Shown: positions 11,993-26,739, counted from the stretch's first letter. The stretch is 64,000 bases of DNA from Leptogorgia sarmentosa (GCA_964658305.1 OZ210885.1:24118001-24182000), one strand, 5' to 3'. The notes: generated from the letters alone by a model not told the origin. Numbers and translations are program-made.

Positions 11993-14900
11993 CAAAATTC
12001 GTGGTATGAATACCCCTTCTCAATTTACTTTGATCAATTGTTTTATTCGAGGTTTTATTTTATTGTGAATGCACACTGTCAGGTTATTATTTAAAATTAC
12101 ATTATTGTCCCCTACTAAATACCCCTGTCAGTAGGGCGTGGCAAAATCTTGAATTTATCAAAGTAAATGTGTAGCTGAATAAGCTCTATGCATAGTTCTA
12201 TAGTTCATAAACTTGTTTGATATTTTTGACTTATCCACCGTTTCAGTTGAACACTTTTCCCCAGTTTCTAATGTGTAGTAATGCGAGCTAATTTACTCAT
12301 TTGACCAATCAACATGTTTGTATTGTTGGATTACTTGTTTCAAGTTTGTTACAATGTATATCCTTTCTGATAACATAAAATTGGCAATCGGATTGCCTAA
12401 TTACCTTGTGATCGCTAAAATTGTGTATTAGTTTTTCTAGTCGATGTTTCTTTAAGAACTCTATAAACTAACGAACCAAATGTTGTATATTAAATAGACA
12501 TCCATCCTCATTTATATAAATACGAGTTTTGTTTACGACTTTACATAAAATATTAATTACCTGAAGTTCACAAGTGCAGAATGGTATAGTCAAACATATT
12601 ACGTGTTTATTAAGTACAACAATGAGGCTTAATTTAACGGGCAGAAGCGTGCAATTAATTACACGAATACATACCTCTTCCTCCATGATGTAAACAGATT
12701 CTGATTCCTGAACTCTGAACTCTGAAGTCTGAAGTTTGAAGTCCGAAGTCTGAAGTCCCCACCCGGCTTTCGTAGGTTCTTGTGCCATTTGGCTGATGAT
12801 GCTTACCTAATTGGTGTACGTTGTACGTTTTCCCAAATATAAAAACCAGGATAGGATCCATAAGTTTTATGGACGTGCAATTTCCATTAAATGGTGAAAG
12901 TATTGTTTTGCTTCGTTTGCAGTCCATTGAGACCTATCTGGCAGGCTCAAATGCTGACAGATTTCTTGAAAATATGTATCATGGTCGTCTTGTAACTTGT
13001 CATTGGCGACTTGTGCTTGCATGGCGATAATATTGTCATTATCAGCAGGAAACTTGCAATCATGTGCCTCCAACAGATTCGGGTAAAAAATACAACTGGT
13101 CTGGAACACCAGCTTGGGTATTGTGCCGCGATCATCTTATGTAGTGAGTATTCTAGCTTAAGCGTACCATCCTTAAAACGTACTTGTTTAAATTTACTCC
13201 CGTGGCTGCTTGATCGGTGTAACCACCATATTCGTATTTTTCGGTTTCTGTTTTGACGACAGGGAGCTGTTGCTGCTTTAATTCCTCTTAACTGACTCTA
13301 AAAACGACCAACATGCACTTTTAATTCAGTCGTTATACAAACATTGAAACAACAATATAATGGCAGTCACTTTGTACATTGAAGGGTGTGCTTATAACAA
13401 ACTTCAACGCATGAGTATAAATAGCGGATAACAACATCAAAAAGCAGCAAAAGTTCTACTCACTACCCAATCTTTTTGAGCAAAGGGCATTCGTCCGAAA
13501 TTCAAATCTGTTGGTGTCGTTCAGGTAGTTAGCAGAACTTTTGCTGCTTGTTGATATGTTTAAAACTTGTTTAGAACGCACTCACCCTCAGTGATGTTGT
13601 TGCAGTGTCGTCTAAACTTCCAATCTTCCTTTTCTTCTGTCCCACTTCTTTCCTTATCTGTCCTACAAGTCTCCGCACTTCTAGAGTACGCTTTTCTGAA
13701 AGAACAAATCACATTCTGCCGTGTAATATGGTCATTGGGGCGAGGACAACAACGGATATTTAAGCTTTCTGACAGTTGCCGTTGCCATAAAGTTTGTAAT
13801 TCATGACAACAAAACGGCAAGAACTGGCATTTTATATAAATTCTTAGCGCTGGTTAATGAAAGTTTTTTAACACATTTTGCTCCAACTTAAACTTCGAAT
13901 TGGTGTTCCACTTCGTAGTAAAATGATTCTAGAATACCTACCATGAATGGTGACTTCCAATTCTGATTTTAGTTCCCCGATTTCACCATATTTGAGTCCA
14001 ATACGTTCCAACTGCTCATCTGTCATATTGTGCACCTGTAAAGGAATTTATAATGAAACGTTAGAACATTTTGATAATTATTCATTTTTGTGATAACCCA
14101 AAAATCATACATGTATATGAGAATGCGTATGTATTTTGTACCGTTCAAACGGTACAAAACGGTAAAGTTCGCGTGTTATGCAAGTCGCGATTATTTTGTC
14201 TCATAGGATTAGCACTATTGTCCTGTTTAATGCACGATATAATGTAAAATGCAATGTGTGAAGTACTGGGGCCCGGTTGTATCAAAGGCGTGTAGCTTAA
14301 ACGGTGGATAATTGAAAAATTTGAAACGAAATTATGAATTATACAGGGTGTATCAAAAAAAAGTTTACTCGCGAAAAATGTCATTTAGGCCGAAGCGCAC
14401 GCACCCCATTGCAAACCATTGGTATATCTAAGTAGTTTGAGCCCTTCGGATACATCCTACACTAAAAGTTTGCAGAAAACGACCATTTTACGACTACGAA
14501 AAGTGTTATAAAAAGCCATAGTAAAAATGGCTTGTGCGAAAAAATGTGAGGCGAAAAATGCAATTTGATTTGACAGCCTAAATCTATCGAACAAGTTTCA
14601 TAAGTTCTTCAAGTTTTGAGAAATTTGGTGCATGCTGAGATGAACGTGCGATGTCCGAAAACTGGATTTTGCGTTCTTTCCTGCGTGATTACCGATTTTT
14701 TTTTTGCATAATTGGATATTTGCATTAATTACCAATGCAAATTGGAAGCTAATTCCCAAAGGTACGTAATTACGTGAAGAAATTGCGGAAAATCCAGTTT
14801 TCAGACATCGCACGTTCGTCTCAGCAAATTTCTCAAAACTTGAATAACTTATGAAACTTGTTCGATAGATTTAGGCTGTCAAATCAAATTGCATTTTTCG

Positions 14901-17900
14901 CCTCACATTTTTTCGCGCAAGCCATTTTTACTACGGCTTTTTATAACACTTTTCGTAGTCGTAAAATGGTCGTTTTCTGCAAACTTTTAGTGTAGGATGT
15001 ATCCGAAGGGCTCAAACTACTTAGATATACCAATGGTTTGCAATGGGGTGCGTGCGCTTCGGCCTAAAAGACATTTTTCGCGAGTAAACTTTTTTTTTAT
15101 ACACCCTGTAGACTACGAGCAAACTAAACTTTTCTGTCTCAACATAACAACTATATGCATAGAACTACACACATTTAGTTGATAAAATTTAGGTTCAATT
15201 ATTTACAACTGATAAATAGGATTATAGGAATGTTTTTAAAATTTTGCTTATCCATGCACCGTTTAAACTAAATGTGATACAAACGGCTCCTGCAAAATTC
15301 GTGGTATGAATACCCCTTCTCAATTTACTTTGATCAATTGTTTTATTCGAGGTTTTATTTTATTGTGAATGCACACTGTCAGGTTATTATTTAAAATTAC
15401 ATTATTGTCCCCTACTAAATACCCCTGTCAGTAGGGCGTGGCAAAATCTTGAATTTATCAAAGTAAATGTGTAGCTGAATAAGCTCTATGCATAGTTCTA
15501 TAGTTCATAAACTTGTTTGATATTTTTGACTTATCCACCGTTTCAGTTGAACACTTTTCCCCAGTTTCTAATGTGTAGTAATGCGAGCTAATTTACTCAT
15601 TTGACCAATCAACATGTTTGTATTGTTGGATTACTTGTTTCAAGTTTGTTACAATGTATATCCTTTCTGATAACATAAAATTGGCAATCGGATTGCCTAA
15701 TTACCTTGTGATCGCTAAAATTGTGTATTAGTTTTTCTAGTCGATGTTTCTTTAAGAACTCTATAAACTAACGAACCAAATGTTGTATATTAAATAGACA
15801 TCCATCCTCATTTATATAAATACGAGTTTTGTTTACGACTTTACATAAAATATTAATTACCTGAAGTTCACAAGTGCAGAATGGTATAGTCAAACATATT
15901 ACGTGTTTATTAAGTACAACAATGAGGCTTAATTTAACGGGCAGAAGCGTGCAATTAATTACACGAATACATACCTCTTCCTCCATGATGTAAACAGATT
16001 CTGATTCCTGAACTCTGAACTCTGAAGTCTGAAGTTTGAAGTCCGAAGTCTGAAGTCCCCACCCGGCTTTCGTAGGTTCTTGTGCCATTTGGCTGATGAT
16101 GCTTACCTAATTGGTGTACGTTGTACGTTTTCCCAAATATAAAAACCAGGATAGGATCCATAAGTTTTATGGACGTGCAATTTCCATTAAATGGTGAAAG
16201 TATTGTTTTGCTTCGTTTGCAGTCCATTGAGACCTATCTGGCAGGCTCAAATGCTGACAGATTTCTTGAAAATATGTATCATGGTCGTCTTGTAACTTGT
16301 CATTGGCGACTTGTGCTTGCATGGCGATAATATTGTCATTATCAGCAGGAAACTTGCAATCATGTGCCTCCAACAGATTCGGGTAAAAAATACAACTGGT
16401 CTGGAACACCAGCTTGGGTATTGTGCCGCGATCATCTTATGTAGTGAGTATTCTAGCTTAAGCGTACCATCCTTAAAACGTACTTGTTTAAATTTACTCC
16501 CGTGGCTGCTTGATCGGTGTAACCACCATATTCGTATTTTTCGGTTTCTGTTTTGACGACAGGGAGCTGTTGCTGCTTTAATTCCTCTTAACTGACTCTA
16601 AAAACGACCAACATGCACTTTTAATTCAGTCGTTATACAAACATTGAAACAACAATATAATGGCAGTCACTTTGTACATTGAAGGGTGTGCTTATAACAA
16701 ACTTCAACGCATGAGTATAAATAGCGGATAACAACATCAAAAAGCAGCAAAAGTTCTACTCACTACCCAATCTTTTTGAGCAAAGGGCATTCGTCCGAAA
16801 TTCAAATCTGTTGGTGTCGTTCAGGTAGTTAGCAGAACTTTTGCTGCTTGTTGATATGTTTAAAACTTGTTTAGAACGCACTCACCCTCAGTGATGTTGT
16901 TGCAGTGTCGTCTAAACTTCCAATCTTCCTTTTCTTCTGTCCCACTTCTTTCCTTATCTGTCCTACAAGTCTCCGCACTTCTAGAGTACGCTTTTCTGAA
17001 AGAACAAATCACATTCTGCCGTGTAATATGGTCATTGGGGCGAGGACAACAACGGATATTTAAGCTTTCTGACAGTTGCCGTTGCCATAAAGTTTGTAAT
17101 TCATGACAACAAAACGGCAAGAACTGGGATTTTATATAAATTCTTAGCGCTGGTTAATGAAAGTTTTTTAACACATTTTGCTCCAACTTAAACTTCGAAT
17201 TGGTGTTCCACTTCGTAGTAAAATGATTCTAGAATACCTACCATGAATGGTGACTTCCAATTCTGATTTTAGTTCCCCGATTTCACCATATTTGAGTCCA
17301 ATACGTTCCAACTGCTCATCTGTCATATTGTGCACCTGTAAAGGAATTTATAATGAAACGTTAGAACATTTTGATAATTATTCATTTTTGTGATAACCCA
17401 AAAATCATACATGTATATGAGAATGCGTATGTATTTTGTACCGTTCAAACGGTACAAAACGGTAAAGTTCGCGTGTTATGCAAGTCGCGATTATTTTGTC
17501 TCATAGGATTAGCACTATTGTCCTGTTTAATGCACGATATAATGTAAAATGCAATGTGTGAAGTACTGGGGCCCGGTTGTATCAAAGGCGTGTAGCTTAA
17601 ACGGTGGATAATTGAAAAATTTGAAACGAAATTATGAATTATACAGGGTGTATCAAAAAAAAGTTTACTCGCGAAAAATGTCATTTAGGCCGAAGCGCAC
17701 GCACCCCATTGCAAACCATTGGTATATCTAAGTAGTTTGAGCCCTTCGGATACATCCTACACTAAAAGTTTGCAGAAAACGACCATTTTACGACTACGAA
17801 AAGTGTTATAAAAAGCCATAGTAAAAATGGCTTGTGCGAAAAAATGTGAGGCGAAAAATGCAATTTGATTTGACAGCCTAAATCTATCGAACAAGTTTCA

Positions 17901-19452
17901 TAAGTTCTTCAAGTTTTGAGAAATTTGGTGCATGCTGAGATGAACGTGCGATGTCCGAAAACTGGATTTTGCGTTCTTTCCTGCGTGATTACCGATTTTT
18001 TTTTTGCATAATTGGATATTTGCATTAATTACCAATGCAAATTGGAAGCTAATTCCCAAAGGTACGTAATTACGTGAAGAAATTGCGGAAAATCCAGTTT
18101 TCAGACATCGCACGTTCGTCTCAGCAAATTTCTCAAAACTTGAATAACTTATGAAACTTGTTCGATAGATTTAGGCTGTCAAATCAAATTGCATTTTTCG
18201 CCTCACATTTTTTCGCGCAAGCCATTTTTACTACGGCTTTTTATAACACTTTTCGTAGTCGTAAAATGGTCGTTTTCTGCAAACTTTTAGTGTAGGATGT
18301 ATCCGAAGGGCTCAAACTACTTAGATATACCAATGGTTTGCAATGGGGTGCGTGCGCTTCGGCCTAAAAGACATTTTTCGCGAGTAAACTTTTTTTTTAT
18401 ACACCCTGTAGACTACGAGCAAACTAAACTTTTCTGTCTCAACATAACAACTATATGCATAGAACTACACACATTTAGTTGATAAAATTTAGGTTCAATT
18501 ATTTACAACTGATAAATAGGATTATAGGAATGTTTTTAAAATTTTGCTTATCCATGCACCGTTTAAACTAAATGTGATACAAACGGCTCCTGCAAAATTC
18601 GTGGTATGAATACCCCTTCTCAATTTACTTTGATCAATTGTTTTATTCGAGGTTTTATTTTATTGTGAATGCACACTGTCAGGTTATTATTTAAAATTAC
18701 ATTATTGTCCCCTACTAAATACCCCTGTCAGTAGAGCGTGGCAAAATCTTGAATTTATCAAAGTAAATGTGTAGCTGAATAAGCTCTATGCATAGTTCTA
18801 TAGTTCATAAACTTGTTTGATATTTTTGACTTATCCACCGTTTCAGTTGAACACTTTTCCCCAGTTTCTAATGTGTAGTAATGCGAGCTAATTTACTCAT
18901 TTGACCAATCAACATGTTTGTATTGTTGGATTACTTGTTTCAAGTTTGTTACAATGTATATCCTTTCTGATAACATAAAATTGGCAATCGGATTGCCTAA
19001 TTACCTTGTGATCGCTAAAATTGTGTATTAGTTTTTCTAGTCGATGTTTCTTTAAGAACTCTATAAACTAACGAACCAAATGTTGTATATTAAATAGACA
19101 TCCATCCTCATTTATATAAATACGAGTTTTGTTTACGACTTTACATAAAATATTAATTACCTGAAGTTCACAAGTGCAGAATGGTATAGTCAAACATATT
19201 ACGTGTTTATTAAGTACAACAATGAGGCTTAATTTAACGGGCAGAAGCGTGCAATTAATTACACGAATACATACCTCTTCCTCCATGATGTAAACAGATT
19301 CTGATTCCTGAACTCTGAACTCTGAAGTCTGAAGTTTGAAGTCCCCACCCGGCTTTCGTAGGTTCTTGTGCCATTTGGCTGATGATGCTTACCTAATTGG
19401 TGTACGGTGTACGTTTTCCCAAATATAAAAACCAGGATAGGATCCATAAGTT

Positions 19453-20658
19453 TTATGGACGTGCAATTTCCATTAAACGGTGAAAGTATTGTTTTGCTTC
19501 GTTTGCAGTCCATTGAGACCTATCTGGCAGGCTCAAATGCTGACAGATTTCTTGAAAATATGTATCATGGTCGTCTTGTAACTCGTCATTGGCGACTTGT
19601 GCTTGCATGGCGATAATATTGTCATTATCAGCAGGAAACTTGCAATCATGTGCCTCCAACAGATTCGGGTAAAAAATACAACTGGTCTGGAACACCAGCT
19701 TGGGTATTGTGCCGCGATCATCTTATGTAGTGAGTATTCTAGCTTAAGCGTACCTGATCTAGACCATGTTGTAAAAGCTTATTGAAACAAAACCACAAAC
19801 AGATCTTTTGCAAATCATCACTTGTGTCTAACTCCCCTCTTTCTACCATCTGTGAAAAGAAATTCATCCACCATGTTGTCCACGATTTACGTAAATAGCT
19901 CTACCATGCTTCTATTCTTTGATTTGAAGTGGATGGCCATAGACATGCACTTTCAGACTTTCATGATCATCACCATGAGATCTGCAGAAAAAACACTGCA
20001 TTGCTGCCATTAATGTGTTTTCAGTACCTCTGTCTGTCCGTGCCATTGTTGGATAACATTGATTCTGCTGGACGCAATTCATGAAGAACTGAGAGATTAT
20101 TTTCGGATCATTGTTGCTCTTGCAAACTACAAGCCACAAAACACGACGGCTAAACCCATCTATACACCCATGAATTGGGAATCCATGGGGTTTTAGTTTG
20201 TCGTAACCATCCGCGTGCCAGCAGAAGTTAGGACCAGGGTTGTTATACTCTCTTTGCTTAAGACGGTGTGATCTTCTTTCATTAGACCCTTCAGGGTCTA
20301 TTTGACGAAGCAGCCTTTGCACTACTCTCCGTGGCACTTTGACATTATATTTTCTCTTAATAAGTCGCCAAATAGCATGGTATCCTAATAGGCACCCATC
20401 CTCATTTAGTTCTTGACGAATCAAGTGAGCAACTCCTTCTTCGTTTATTTCGTCAGGCGCGCATCTTCTGCTCAACCCATATTCCTTTAGACGATAACAG
20501 AGAGTTCTGGCGGAGATTGTTATACCATGATATCTTGATAAGAACTTGAGGATTACATTGTGCTCAAAGCCGAATTTAAAGTAGTGTTGTATAGCTTGCT
20601 CTTCATTGAAGTGGGTTGGTATAGAAAGTGATATTCCATTTAAATTCATTTCTGCCAT
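19453..20658 (-). pseudogene. IS3EU-type integrase-core DDE transposase, frameshifted
   Basis: HTH region, then WHADGYDKLKPHGFPIHGCIDGFSRRVLWL...SNNDP...RTDRGTEN. C-terminal part continues in other frames to ~19453. Confidence 0.8.
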
Positions 20659-20799
20659 AAATGATCAGAGCTCTGGCTCAAATCAAATTAATTGCTATGC
20701 TCAGGAAGCCAGGAAATTTAAAGAGACATTATTTATTCCACTCATATGCAGTGCATTCGATTGAATAGTTTGAGTCTTTTGGCGGCTCCCAAGTCTTTC

Positions 20800-21103
20800 G
20801 GGTGTATTTGTATGTGATTCGTATATCGTATCCATTGGGGTGTTTCAAATATTTTGCCAGGTTTTTTTAATATTTTAGCGCGTTTCGATGTTCTGGCGTG
20901 TTTTTTTAATGTTATGGCATGTTTTCAATGTTCTGGCGTGTTTCGAATGTTTCAGCGTGTTTTGCATTTATTGGGGGTGTTCAGAATATTTTGGGAGTGA
21001 CTTGATTCTTAAAAGGGGCGTTTCATATTGTATATCGAGGTGCTTTATGAACTCCGGGGTGCTTTATTTCTAATGGGGTGTTTTGCAGGTATGGGCCACC
21101 GTA
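20800..21103 (-). mobile_element. IS3EU-type terminus
   Basis: Minus-strand end TACGGTGGCCCATA with short subterminal repeats (gtgttt/gttctggcg). Abuts BEL pol codons at 21104. Confidence 0.65.
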
Positions 21104-22113
21104 CTACTTACCACACCACACCGTGATCCGTCAATATAAAGTAACGACCAAATTGAGACTGGTATACGACGCCTCGGCTAAAGCAAAGGGACCTTCCCTT
21201 AACAATTGTTTGTATAGTGATCCTTCGCAAACTCAGAATATTGTTGACATCATGCTAAGATTCCGTGCCCACAAGGTGGCCTTGACCGGGGATATTGAGA
21301 AGGCCTTCATCATGATCCATCTGATCGGGATGCGCTGAGATTCCTTTGGGTTGACGATGTACACAGCCCCAATCCTAAGATTATCCCACTTCGATTTACC
21401 CGAGTAGTGTTTGGTGTATCATCCAGTCCGTTCCTGCTAAATGCCACTGTCAAACACCACATCAATCAATACAAGGAAGAAGATCCCAGTTTCGTGGAGA
21501 CTATTCGAAATTCAATTTATGTTGATGATCTGATTTCTGGAGGTGAGAATTTTGACGAAACATTTAAACTTTACGAAGATTCCAGAAGCCGCTTGGCAGA
21601 AGCAAATTTTAACCTGCGAATGATTTCCAGGGAACTCCAAGATAGAATACGCCAATCAACCCAACCGGTGGCAGAGAACGACCCGACCTATAGAATTGAC
21701 AACAAGTCAAGCTTGGCAGCAAGTGGTGCAGGAGGGACAGTCGTTCTACACCGGAAGTACTTTGGGTCCTCCACTTCCAACCAATGATAATAGGGAAAAG
21801 GTGTTAGGAACTTTATGGGACACCAGCGAGGACAATATTGTTATCGATATCAAGGATGTAGTAGATCTGGCGCAGGAAGTGCAAGCAACAAAGAGAAATA
21901 TAATCAGTGTTTCTTCCAAGATTTATGACCCGATCGGGTTTATTTCCCCAGTAACAGTCAATCTCAAGCTCTTGTTTCAGGAACTCTGCCTAGCAAAGGG
22001 GGACTTGGACCATCCAATTGAAGGGACATTGAAACTCAAATGAAAAAAAACTAGTTGACAACCTGAAGGAATTCCATCCTGTTATCGTCCCAAGGTGCTA
22101 TCTTCCCCACATA

Positions 22114-24639
22114 CAGGGGGTGGACAAAAAAAAGTGGCCCCCAGAACATTTCGGTTTATAAGTGGTAAGCTCCACAACCTTGCAGATTTAAAGAAATAAA
22201 CTTTCAGGATGAACAATAATAAATTAACCAAACGTATGATTTATGATCCTCAAATTTATTATCCACCAAAAATGTAATGAAAAGTAATAGTATGGTTGAA
22301 TTAATGGACATTTTAAATGTGATGTGCTGATCATTGTGATTCCCTTAGTATATAGCATGGCTTTCGTTTGATTACCGCATACATCCAATAAAATGACATT
22401 TTTTCATGCATCCTGCTGCTGTTATTAGGATTACAATGTACTCCTTAAGCCTTTCAATACTTTGTTGGCATTCCTTTAGATTTTATAACAGCTTTGCACC
22501 GATCAGGCATGCTTTCAACAAGCTTATGCAAGTATTCGACAGGTATTTCATTCCATCCAATTTTGAGAATTTCAAAAAGCTCGTCCTCGTTCGTAGGTTT
22601 TCTATCTTTTGTCAAACGATTCAGCTCGGCCCATAAATTTTCAATAGGGTTCAAATCTGGTGATTGAGCTGGCCATTGCATCACATCAACCTTCTTATTT
22701 TTGAGATATTTCGTGACGACCCCACAGGTGTGTTTTGGATCGTTGTCATGTTGGAATTGAAAACCACCAGGGCATAAACGATTGGCAGATGGGACAAGAT
22801 GATGTATCACAATTTTCCTGTAGACCTCTCCGGTCATTATTCCCTTAACCCGATGTAAATCTCCGACGCCACTCCATGAGAAACACCCCCAGACGTTAAT
22901 GGGTTTTTGTATCTGCGCACGCAGTGACGCAGATATATTGCTATCGGGTCTGTGTGTGTGTGTTTGTGTGTATGTGGAAATGTTAGACACTAGGGCAAAG
23001 CAAGTTCTTGCGGGCTAAATATTACAAAATGGCGACTGATATAGGCGCGAGCTAAAGAGTGGTGATGTGTTTGATCGTGGATTTTATTTCGCATGAATAG
23101 CCAGATAAAAAGAAAATGTAATGGCCGCAGCGACAAGTATTTTTACAGAAATAGAGGTTAATTTATAAGCGTTTACGCCGTTTAGAACACTATTTACTAA
23201 GGATATTTATACACAAAAATATTATGACGCAAATTATACATTGGCATTGCTTTTAAAGATATATTAAAGAGGTCTGCTATAGAATTTCGATCATCAAAGA
23301 AAAAATATCATGACGCAAATTATACATTGTATTATCTTGAACACAGCGAATATTTAACATTATGAAAGAGGTTCATGTCTTGACAAAATTGCGCGTATAT
23401 TTTCCCAACAATTCTTCAGCGTGTCGTACATGTTTGGAATGCCCGCGGACCCGCGGTGTCATTGTGAATTTGTGATCACGGAGTATCTACTATATGTTGA
23501 CGCTTCGTCATACAGAATAGTTGAAACATTCAATCCCAGGAAAACAGATTTTGTATCTTGTAATAAAACGGGTTTGTGCGTTTATTAAGCCCGAGACAAT
23601 AACATGAAATGCGATATCATATGTCATCAAGTTTCAATTCCTTATGCAATTTGATACATAGGCGCAGATACATGTACACTTTGTGTACCTATTTTTGATG
23701 TTTGACTGTTCCCTGCATTGATCGAGTGGAACCATTTTCAATATTGTTTCTCCATACGTATTGAATGGATTGGTTCTGAAGATAATACGGTGACTCATCG
23801 CTCCACACAACTCGCTTCCATTGATCCATGGTCCAATCCACATGCTCACAGGCAAAGGACAGACGCAAGGCACGATTCTTCTCACTAACAAAAGGCTTCT
23901 TAGATTTTTTTCTCCAAACTAAACCGTTCTCTTTCAGACGGCGCTGAATTGTTTTAGAGCTTATTGTGACTCCTGTGTGACTTTTGAGTTGATTTGCTAT
24001 CTCTTTTTTGTTGGGGTACCTGATTTGGAGCACTTAACAATGAAACGATCGCTTCCCTCAGTGGTTTTACGTTTTCGTCCAGATCCTGGATTATGACCAC
24101 AATTCCCACTCGCTTTCAACTTTGCACACAATTTCTTTGCTCCCGAGTAACTCATGTTGTATTCCCGTGCAATTTGACGAGCACTAACTCCAGCCTTGAG
24201 CATTCCAAGAATCTCATGATTTCTTCCAGTCTTCGCCAGTGTTTTTTTCTTCTGGGCCTCTTCTTGTCTTGTCTTCTTCTCCATCTTCACTTCTTTACCA
24301 GCGATACATTTGTTGGTTGCATCTAAAATAACTGATGAATATCCGTTCTCTATACCATTTCTATTGACCAACACCATTCAAATATTGTGGGACAGAATTA
24401 ATTAACGTGACAGTGTTTTTCTCGAAAGTTTAATATCCTACTATTAAAATTAATTTGTATTTCTTATTTTAGTATTTCAAGCTCTTGTGTCATTTGAAAA
24501 TTAACATTTTGCTTAGGTCGTACTCAAACCAAACAGGGTTCTGCATTTCTGATAACTTTAGAGATGTTTTGCAGTAAAAACTGAATTTTTACAAATTATA
24601 CATTGTATAATTTGGCCACTTTTTTTTGTCCACCCCCTG
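22114..24639 (-). mobile_element. Tc1 DNA transposon (DD34E), disrupted
   Basis: TA|CAGGGGGTGGACAAAAAAAAGTGGCC TIRs. VVWSDES, FQHDNDPKH, SPDLNPIENLW spread over ORFs 23997-24377, 23689-24033 and 22454-22905. Confidence 0.92.
22908..23692 (+). mobile_element. Helentron-associated non-autonomous element (HINE/DINE-1-like)
   Basis: Inserted in a T5 run. 11-bp subterminal IRs TGTATCTGCGC (22908) / GCGCAGATACA (23662), nearby 5' IR, (TG)n tract and 3' hairpin GTACAC-TTT-GTGTAC. Confidence 0.7.
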
Positions 24640-26739
24640 TAACTGAACGAGTTGTATCCTATGAGCTTCACGGATTCTGCGACGCCTCCATCAAGGCATA
24701 TGCTGGTGTAATATACCTCAGAATTATCACACCGAGTGCTTGCTATGTCCGTTTGGTCATATCAAAGGCAAGAGTAGCACCGTTAACCAAACAAACAATC
24801 CCAAGGTTGGAGTTGTTGTTCGCACTTGTTCTTGCCAGATTAATGAGTATTACGGAGAAGGCCCTGAAGTCTGTGATTGAAATCTCGAAAGTGAACTGTT
24901 AGACAGACTCTAAGGTGGCCTTATTTTGGATCACGCAGCAAGAAAAGGAATGGAAGCAATATGTCTAGAGTCAAGTGGACGAGATTCGAAAGCTTGTTCC
25001 AGCAGAGCACTGGAATCACTGCCCTGGTGCAGAAAACCCTGCAGATATCCCGTCTCGTGGTATCTTACCCACTCAACTAGCCTCATCTGAATTATGGTGG
25101 TCTGGTCCAAAATGGTTGAATTGGACTGGAAACCCTACTAAAGAATGCACGAGAATTGGTCGTATGCCCAAGGAATGTCGAAATGAGATGAAGGTCAAGG
25201 ACCAAAGAGCCCTAGACAAAGAGACCCTATCAACGTTGGTAGTGCATGGATTGAAGAATTCTCCGAGCAATGTTATCAACTACAAGGACTAGAGTAGCCT
25301 GGAGCGTTTGTTAAGGGTAACAGCCATTGTGTTGAAGTTTGGCCAGCTGCTTAAGTCAAGAGTGAAGGAAGATGATTCTCCAATAACCTATGATGTAACA
25401 ACCACCCACATTGAATTTGCTGAAGTTCCATGGATCAAGGAACTGCAGAGCAAAATGGAGGAGAACGAGAAATTTAAATCCTGGAACCGAGATCTCAACC
25501 TGTTCGCTGACGAAAATGGCATCCTCAGATGCAAAGGAACATTGTCCAACTCAAACTTGTCGTATTCAGCAAAGTACCCAATCCTGTTGGACGCAGCTCA
25601 TTACCTCACCACACTGATCGTATGGAGTTGTCACAGGCGAGTACTGCATGGGGGAGTGAGGGAAACACTGACAGAGCTTCGGGGGAGGTTCTGGCTAGTG
25701 TGTGGCAGAAGTTTTCTGAATTAAGAAAGCGCCACCATTTACGTACGTTTGGTTGTTATGGTTGTCTTACGAGGAACTAGTTACAGCTGTTATGGAGGCC
25801 GAATCGATCTTGAACAGTCGTCCTTTATCATACGTATCCTCGAGGATGTAGAGGAGCCTCTTAGAAGCATAAGAATCCCAAGAAGTCAGTGGAGAATTCT
25901 AGTGTTGAAATTGGAGATATTGTATTAGTTCACAATGAGAACCACCCGCGAAGCTTCTGGAGAATCGGAAGAACTAGAAACCTTGTGCCCAGCACCGAAG
26001 GTGAGGGTCGTTGAAGAGGCCCGTTGTACAAGTCGCAAGCAAGGGGGGAAAGGTTACTATGTTGAGGCGGCCACTGCAGTTGTTGTACCCTTTAGAGGTA
26101 AATTGTAAACATGAGGAAGAAATGGAATCAGAACAAGAGAGTAATGTCCAGATGGCCCCAGAATTCGAAAGACCAACAAGAAATGCGGCAGTTGCCGGTG
26201 AACAAGTAATGCGGCGTTGGATTAAGGACATGAACAAAGTTTAGTGTAGTACATACACAGTGTTAATATTATGATAGTTAAGCAGAGATAACTTCTCAAA
26301 CAGTTGAAGGTGTTGGTCATATCAGATTGCCCAACAGGGGGAGTGTGACGTAGGCATGGTCTAATTGAGAACATGTGCTGTTGAGAGAACAATATGGCGC
26401 GCGAATAACGTTTGTTGTACGTTGAAATTGATTGATAGCCCTTAGATTGGAATTTGTAGTTGTGTTTGTTTTATTAAACTATGTTCAAATGTAACTGTAG
26501 TATACAGTCGGTCGAAGTTAGAACACATTGCAAAATATCATCATTGCTAATGAATTGATCCATACTATAGTAACTATAATTTACATCACATGGCAAATGC
26601 AAATCAACATCAGAATTTGTTAAATGTGACACATTAGTCACCATTGAAGCTATTTCTAACATGCAATAACATCTTATTAAAGGTGCCCATGGTCATCTAT
26701 TAGATGCAGCATCGATTTGTCCTATCTACTGCAACATAC

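Larger units (their letters stand above)
9867..19754. repeat. Tandem triplication, 3300-bp unit (9867-13166, 13167-16466, 16467-19752)
   Basis: Identical ORFs recur at +3300 and +6600. Junction has CC microhomology. Copy 3 has a 14-bp indel and several SNPs. Confidence 0.97.
21104..26478 (+). mobile_element. Decayed BEL/Pao retrotransposon (RT, RNase H, partial integrase, PPT, partial 3' LTR from ~26346)
   Basis: YLPHH..TTKLRLVYDAS, DIEKAF, YVDD, LHGFCDAS, ENPAD..SRG, RRPLQLLYPLE. Many stops; integrase core deleted ~25720; PPT GGGGGAGTG. Confidence 0.9.
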
